From the NCBI GenBank assembly GCA_963706325.1, contig CAVPLT010000007.1:448001-512000 (forward strand): a stretch of DNA of 64,000 nucleotides, given 5' to 3'. Within the stretch, counting starts at the first letter, position 1, and every line of letters begins with the position of its first letter. Both the position numbers and the translations under genes were made by a program. Below are positions 59,380 through 64,000 of this stretch, one piece after another. The stretch is from an uncultured Nitrospiraceae bacterium (GTDB lineage Bacteria > Nitrospirota > Nitrospiria > Nitrospirales > Nitrospiraceae). The notes under the pieces were generated by a model that was not told the DNA's origin, did not search any database, and saw only the letters and a list, made by a program, of their open reading frames with translations.

Positions 59380-61209
59380 ATGTGCGGCATTGTCGGCGTG
59401 TGCGAACGAATGGAGTCGAATCAGGCTCGTCGACTTCTGAGGCGGCTGCTGGCTACCATGGAGGCGCGTGGCCCGGACGGTTCAGGAGAGTTTGTTGAAG
59501 ACTATATTGTGATGGGGATGAGGCGGCTCGCGGTCATCGACGTGGAGGGCGGGGGGCAGCCTCTTCTGAGCCATGATGGTCAGGTCGTGGCCTTCCAGAA
59601 CGGAGAGATCTATAACCACGTCGCCCTCCGCCACGAATTGGAACAGCACGGTGTGGTGTTTCGAACGGCGAGTGACACGGAGGTTCTGGCGCATGGGTAC
59701 GAGCGCTGGGGAATCGATGGGCTCTTGGCGAAGCTCGACGGAATGTATGGCATTGCGATACTCGATCGCCGGAACCGGCAGTTGCATCTCGCGCGCGATC
59801 GCTTCGGCGAGAAGCCGCTCTACTACAGTGCGACGAGGAATAAGTTTGCCTACAGCTCAAATACAATGGCATTGGCACTGTTGCCGTGGGTCGATTGCGC
59901 TATTGCTATCGGCAGCGTCGATCGTTATCTGGCGCTGCATTATGTGCCTGGTCGACGGACGATTTTCAAAGGTATTCAGCGTGTCTTGCCCGGTGAGCGG
60001 CTGACGGTCTCCTTAGGAGCTATGACGCTCCATCATGCGCAGTATTATTGTCCGGCAGTACGACGGATTGAACCGGTGGACGCAGACACGCTGCTAGACC
60101 GGATCACACACGCGGTCACCAGCAGATTGGTGGCAGATGTCCCCGTGGGCGTGTTTCTTTCGGGTGGAATCGATAGCTCAATCGTCGCATCCATCGCGGC
60201 AAGGCACCATCCGGCCATCGACACCTTTTCCATGGGTTTCAAGGATGCGCAGTACGATGAATCGGTACATGCCGGGGTAGTAGCTCGCGCGATCGGTTCC
60301 TCACACCACCATTTCACATTCGATGAAACGGCGTTCCAAGAGTTGCTGCCGACGGTGGTTGAAAGTCTGGATGAGCCGCTCGGCGATCAGGCATTGCTAC
60401 CGACCTATTGGTTATGCCGGGAGGCCAAGCGACATGTCACGGTGGTACTGTCCGGAGAAGGTGCCGATGAATTATTTGCAGGATATGACTACTACGGTAC
60501 CATGCTTTCGCGTCGATCGTGGCGTGCCAACCTCAGGGAGTGGGTGTCCGGCCGGAGGTCATCCGGTGCGCCCCAAACTCTGTGCGACAATTCATGGCCT
60601 GTGACGCCTTCTGGATTCCCTCTCGTGATGGATTCAGGCAGGCGCCGGGAGCTCATCGGGAAAGCTGAGTACGACCCAGATCCCTGGGAGGAGTCTCTGC
60701 TGTCATCCCTCGACTCTGCAGAGAATCCCCTCCAGCGCGCGACCCTGGCCGATGTCTTGACCTGGTTACCTGATGACCTGCTGGTGAAGCTCGATCGGAT
60801 GGCCATGGCAAACAGTCTCGAAGGACGTGCCCCGTTCCTGTCGACGGCGTTGGTCGATGTGGCGCTCCGTCTGCCTGAAGCCCAACGAATGACCGGGACA
60901 CAGACCAAGATCGCGCTCCGCGAAGCGGCCGCTGTGTTGCTTCCGAAGGCTATCGTCCAGCGAAAGAAACACGGGTTCATTCTTCCCATGGCCAAGTGGC
61001 TCCAGCAATGGTTGGGGCGAGTGGGGGATCTGCGGGATTATTTCAATCTGCATCGTATCAAGGAGTTCGACGTGGCTGCCGCGGTATCTTTAGTGGAGCG
61101 GGAGCTGGTTTCGGATCGACCGAACGAGCGCCTTCTTTTCTCACTGGTGATGTTGGCTGAATGGCACCATTCCTTCTTCAGGCGGATGGCCTCTGACTTC
61201 AGGACGTGA
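59380..61209 (+). CDS. asnB: Asparagine synthase (glutamine-hydrolysing)-like amidotransferase, probably glycan-modifying
   Basis: MCGI, RRLAVID, NGEIYN, RDRFGEKPLYY, LSGGIDSS, SGEGADELFAGY. Confidence 0.93.
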   Translation: MCGIVGVCERMESNQARRLLRRLLATMEARGPDGSGEFVEDYIVMGMRRLAVIDVEGGGQPLLSHDGQVVAFQNGEIYNHVALRHELEQHGVVFRTASDTEVLAHGYERWGIDGLLAKLDGMYGIAILDRRNRQLHLARDRFGEKPLYYSATRNKFAYSSNTMALALLPWVDCAIAIGSVDRYLALHYVPGRRTIFKGIQRVLPGERLTVSLGAMTLHHAQYYCPAVRRIEPVDADTLLDRITHAVTSRLVADVPVGVFLSGGIDSSIVASIAARHHPAIDTFSMGFKDAQYDESVHAGVVARAIGSSHHHFTFDETAFQELLPTVVESLDEPLGDQALLPTYWLCREAKRHVTVVLSGEGADELFAGYDYYGTMLSRRSWRANLREWVSGRRSSGAPQTLCDNSWPVTPSGFPLVMDSGRRRELIGKAEYDPDPWEESLLSSLDSAENPLQRATLADVLTWLPDDLLVKLDRMAMANSLEGRAPFLSTALVDVALRLPEAQRMTGTQTKIALREAAAVLLPKAIVQRKKHGFILPMAKWLQQWLGRVGDLRDYFNLHRIKEFDVAAAVSLVERELVSDRPNERLLFSLVMLAEWHHSFFRRMASDFRT

Positions 61210-61387
61210 TGGTCAGCCGGCGCTGTTGTGGCTGACCGCCGATCGTCTATTCGTCACACAATCCCTCGTATTCCTTGTCACAAACATCGAAAAACCTATC
61301 CTTGCTTGAGAACTCCGGTACTATTTGTTCATTCAGGATGGATGGTACCTGACGGAGATTTGAAACCACAGGGCAGAAACACGTGCA

Positions 61388-62524
61388 ATGACAGTCACGT
61401 ATTTCTCAAAAAGCTCGATCATCGGTCCCAGTAGTCGCTACCGGGTTTTTCAGTTCCTGCCCCATTTGGATGCTCACGGGATCGAGTGTAAGGTTGATCC
61501 ATTATTCGATGAAACCTACTTTAAAATTCTGGCGGTGCGGCTGGCTCCGCTTCGGACTCTTCTGAAAGTTCCCTATGTCGTCGCTCGTTTTCTGAAGCGA
61601 TTGGGGACGTTGCTCGTTCTTGGCGGGCGGGATCTTATCGTGATCGAGGGGCAATTATTTCCCTACATGCCCTCTCTGGCTGAACGTTTGCTCCAGTGGC
61701 GGTATCGAGTGGTGATTGAGTTAGACGATGCGATCTATTTGACGCACGGGCATAAGAAGAAAATGCCTCAGATGCTTTCGATGAGCACAGGAGCCATCGT
61801 CGGAAATGAACAACTGGCCTCCTATGCACAACAATTTTCGCCGCGGGTGTATGTGGTGCCGACGGTGGTGGATACGAAACGATTTGTTCCGGGCGGACAA
61901 CGATCATACATTCCGGTCGATCACTCAGCTGAATCCATCACGATTGTATGGATGGGGTTGGCTTGCAATTTGCGATATTTGAATGTGCTGGCGCCGGCCC
62001 TTCGCGCGCTGCAATCACGGTTCCGCATGAGCCTTCGCGTGATTTGCTCGGAACCACCACAGCTGCCGGGAGTCAACATCGAGTTCAGGGCCTGGGACAT
62101 GCAACGAGAAGTGTCGGACGTGCAAGATGCCTCGATCGGCGTGATGCCGCTTGAGGATACAGAATGGGCGCGAGGGAAGTGCGGGCTGAAGTTGTTGCAG
62201 TATATGGCTGTAGGAATCCCTGCGGTTGCATCGCCGGTTGGGGTCAACCGTGAAATTATTACCAACGGGGTGAACGGGTTTCTCGCCTCTACCGAGCGGG
62301 AGTGGTACGACAGCCTTGAACGGCTCTGCCGCTTAGCCCGCTTGCGGGAGCATATCGGAGAGGCCGGACGTCGGACGGTCGAGGCGCGATACTCCCTGGC
62401 CGTCTGGGGCCCTCGTTTGGCGAAAGTGTATCGGACCTTGGCTCAGAGCGAACGGGATAATGGCACCGAGCATTATAGCCGCACTCCTGTGACGGGCTCC
62501 GGAAAGACGGCAAGCGCGCGATGA
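61388..62524 (+). CDS. Glycosyltransferase family 4
   Basis: SSRYRV, ELDDAIY, GVMPL...GKCGLKLLQYMAVGIPAVASPVG. Confidence 0.92.
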   Translation: MTVTYFSKSSIIGPSSRYRVFQFLPHLDAHGIECKVDPLFDETYFKILAVRLAPLRTLLKVPYVVARFLKRLGTLLVLGGRDLIVIEGQLFPYMPSLAERLLQWRYRVVIELDDAIYLTHGHKKKMPQMLSMSTGAIVGNEQLASYAQQFSPRVYVVPTVVDTKRFVPGGQRSYIPVDHSAESITIVWMGLACNLRYLNVLAPALRALQSRFRMSLRVICSEPPQLPGVNIEFRAWDMQREVSDVQDASIGVMPLEDTEWARGKCGLKLLQYMAVGIPAVASPVGVNREIITNGVNGFLASTEREWYDSLERLCRLARLREHIGEAGRRTVEARYSLAVWGPRLAKVYRTLAQSERDNGTEHYSRTPVTGSGKTASAR

Positions 62525-63576
62525 TTCTACTCACACTCACCTTCATAGTCGCCGCGCTTCTATCCATGTATGGCGTCCCGATAGCACGTCGTGCGGCTCT
62601 GAAATTCGGCATCGTGGACAGGCCGGATGGCCGCCTCAAACATCAGCGTGAACCGGTTCCATATTTGGGAGGCGTGGCCATCTATCTCGCCTTTCTCGTG
62701 AGTTTGGCCTTTACGTTTGAGTTCCGGCACGACGTGCTCGGCATCGTCCTTTCCGGGACGCTTATCGTCATGCTCGGATTGATCGATGATTTCGGCGTGT
62801 TGTCGCCTGGAACGAAGTTGGCGGGGCAACTCTTGGCAGTTTTCGTGTTGATCAAGAGCGGCATTCGCATTGAGATCGTGTCGCTTCCGGACTGGATTGA
62901 TATGGCCCTGACGGTGTTGTGGATGATCGGCATCATCAATGCCTTTAATCTATTGGATATTATGGATGGATTGTCTGCCGGAGTCGGCATCGTTAGTGCG
63001 GCCTTCCTGTGTGTGGTGGCGATTCTGAATGGAGACCAGACCATCGCCTTCATGTTGGCGGCACTCATGGGCAGCTTGCTGGGATTTCTCCGGTACAACT
63101 GGCGGCCGGCTTCGATCTATATGGGAGATTCCGGGGCGATGTTCATCGGGTTGATGCTCGGAGCCTTATCCATGATGGGCAAATACACGGAAGGCCACTC
63201 GGTGTCCCTGCTCACGCCGGTCTTGATCCTGGGAATGCCCATTTTCGATACCCTATTCGTCATGTACATCCGATTCTTGCGTGGATTGCCGATATTTCTC
63301 GGCAGTCCAGACCATATGGCGATTCGGCTGCGTCATTGGGGTCTCTCGGTGACACAGGTGGTGGTGATCAGTTATCTGGGTGCCGCCCTGCTGGGTGGCA
63401 TTGGGCTTCTCGTCATGACGGTTCCCCAACAGCTTGCGGTGATTTTGAGCGGAGTGACGATGCTGTGCCTGGCTGGGGCTGCGGTGGCGTTGACGCGCCT
63501 CAATGTGTCGAGTGGCGTTCCGGGATTGAACAGCGAGTCAGCATCCCGATCGGCAGAAAGGACCGGCGTACTGTGA
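62521..63576 (+). CDS. WecA/MraY-like undecaprenyl-phosphate sugar-phosphate transferase
   Basis: PYLGG, GLIDD, NAFNLLDIMDGL, YMGDSG. Confidence 0.92.
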   Translation: MILLTLTFIVAALLSMYGVPIARRAALKFGIVDRPDGRLKHQREPVPYLGGVAIYLAFLVSLAFTFEFRHDVLGIVLSGTLIVMLGLIDDFGVLSPGTKLAGQLLAVFVLIKSGIRIEIVSLPDWIDMALTVLWMIGIINAFNLLDIMDGLSAGVGIVSAAFLCVVAILNGDQTIAFMLAALMGSLLGFLRYNWRPASIYMGDSGAMFIGLMLGALSMMGKYTEGHSVSLLTPVLILGMPIFDTLFVMYIRFLRGLPIFLGSPDHMAIRLRHWGLSVTQVVVISYLGAALLGGIGLLVMTVPQQLAVILSGVTMLCLAGAAVALTRLNVSSGVPGLNSESASRSAERTGVL

Positions 63577-64000
63577 TCTTGATTGTCGGGGCCGGATTAG
63601 CTGGATTGAGCACCGCATATCATCTTCGTGGCGTCCCGTACAAGGTCCTGGAGCGTGAACGAGAGGTCGGAGGCCTCTGCCGGTCGTACGCCAAAGACGG
63701 CTTTACGTTCGACTATACCGGGCATCTGCTCCACTTTCGTCAAACGGCCATTAAGGCGTTAGTGGAAAGCCTGCTTCCCACGCAACTACAACGCCACGCG
63801 CGCAAGTCTTATGTCTTTTCGCATGACACCTATACGGAGTACCCGTTCCAGGTGAATACACATGGCCTTCCGCTCGAAGTCGTGCGCGAATGTTTGTTGG
63901 GCTTTATCGCCACCCTGTCGGACCCGTCCGCTAAGCCTCCAACGGAGAATCGGTCGTTCAAGCAATGGATCATCGACAGCCTTGGGGAGGGCATTGCGAA
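63573..64000 (+). CDS. FAD-dependent oxidoreductase (amine oxidase/UDP-galactopyranose mutase-like), truncated by the window end
   Basis: GTG 63573: MILIVGAGLAGLSTAYHL...VGGLCRS...GFTFDYTGHLLHF; open to the window end. Confidence 0.85.
   Translation, partial: MILIVGAGLAGLSTAYHLRGVPYKVLEREREVGGLCRSYAKDGFTFDYTGHLLHFRQTAIKALVESLLPTQLQRHARKSYVFSHDTYTEYPFQVNTHGLPLEVVRECLLGFIATLSDPSAKPPTENRSFKQWIIDSLGEGIA

Noticed and set aside
1..64000. tRNA, rRNA, IS elements, integrases, prophage genes
   Set aside because: None recognised by eye; a tRNAscan/Rfam/ISfinder run would be needed to exclude them formally.

Overview
A 64-kb bacterial chromosomal window. Gene content and style suggest a Nitrospira-like organism; this is an inference, not a database result. 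1-12 kb is accessory: two histidine kinases (one broken by an in-frame TAA), several small proteins including an SmtA-like metallothionein, a lipocalin, a Tat-exported intradiol dioxygenase and cydAB. 12.3-26.1 kb holds a complete type I secretion operon (DUF3467-like gene, HlyB, HlyD, TolC), then a lower-GC cassette with a small membrane-anchored gene and a 2552-aa RTX protein carrying an N-terminal class-3-lipase-like domain. This is the best candidate for an under-described system (T1SS toxin plus immunity pair). 26-42 kb is mostly housekeeping and envelope genes: FGE-domain protein, cytochrome c, pilU/pilT, bioF, YfgM-like, MltD-like, class V aminotransferase-serA-hisZ-dnaB and a TPR lipoprotein. 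42.5-64 kb holds two tandem sigma54-type type IV pilin genes (the first frameshifted; both end in Ser once repaired), a Wzy_C/TPR oligosaccharyltransferase-like gene, PilG/H/I-like genes and a Wzm/Wzt glycan locus with four SAM methyltransferases, GTs, an acyltransferase, AsnB and a WecA-like transferase. I recognised no rRNA, tRNA, CRISPR array or IS element. All family calls come from motif recognition by eye.
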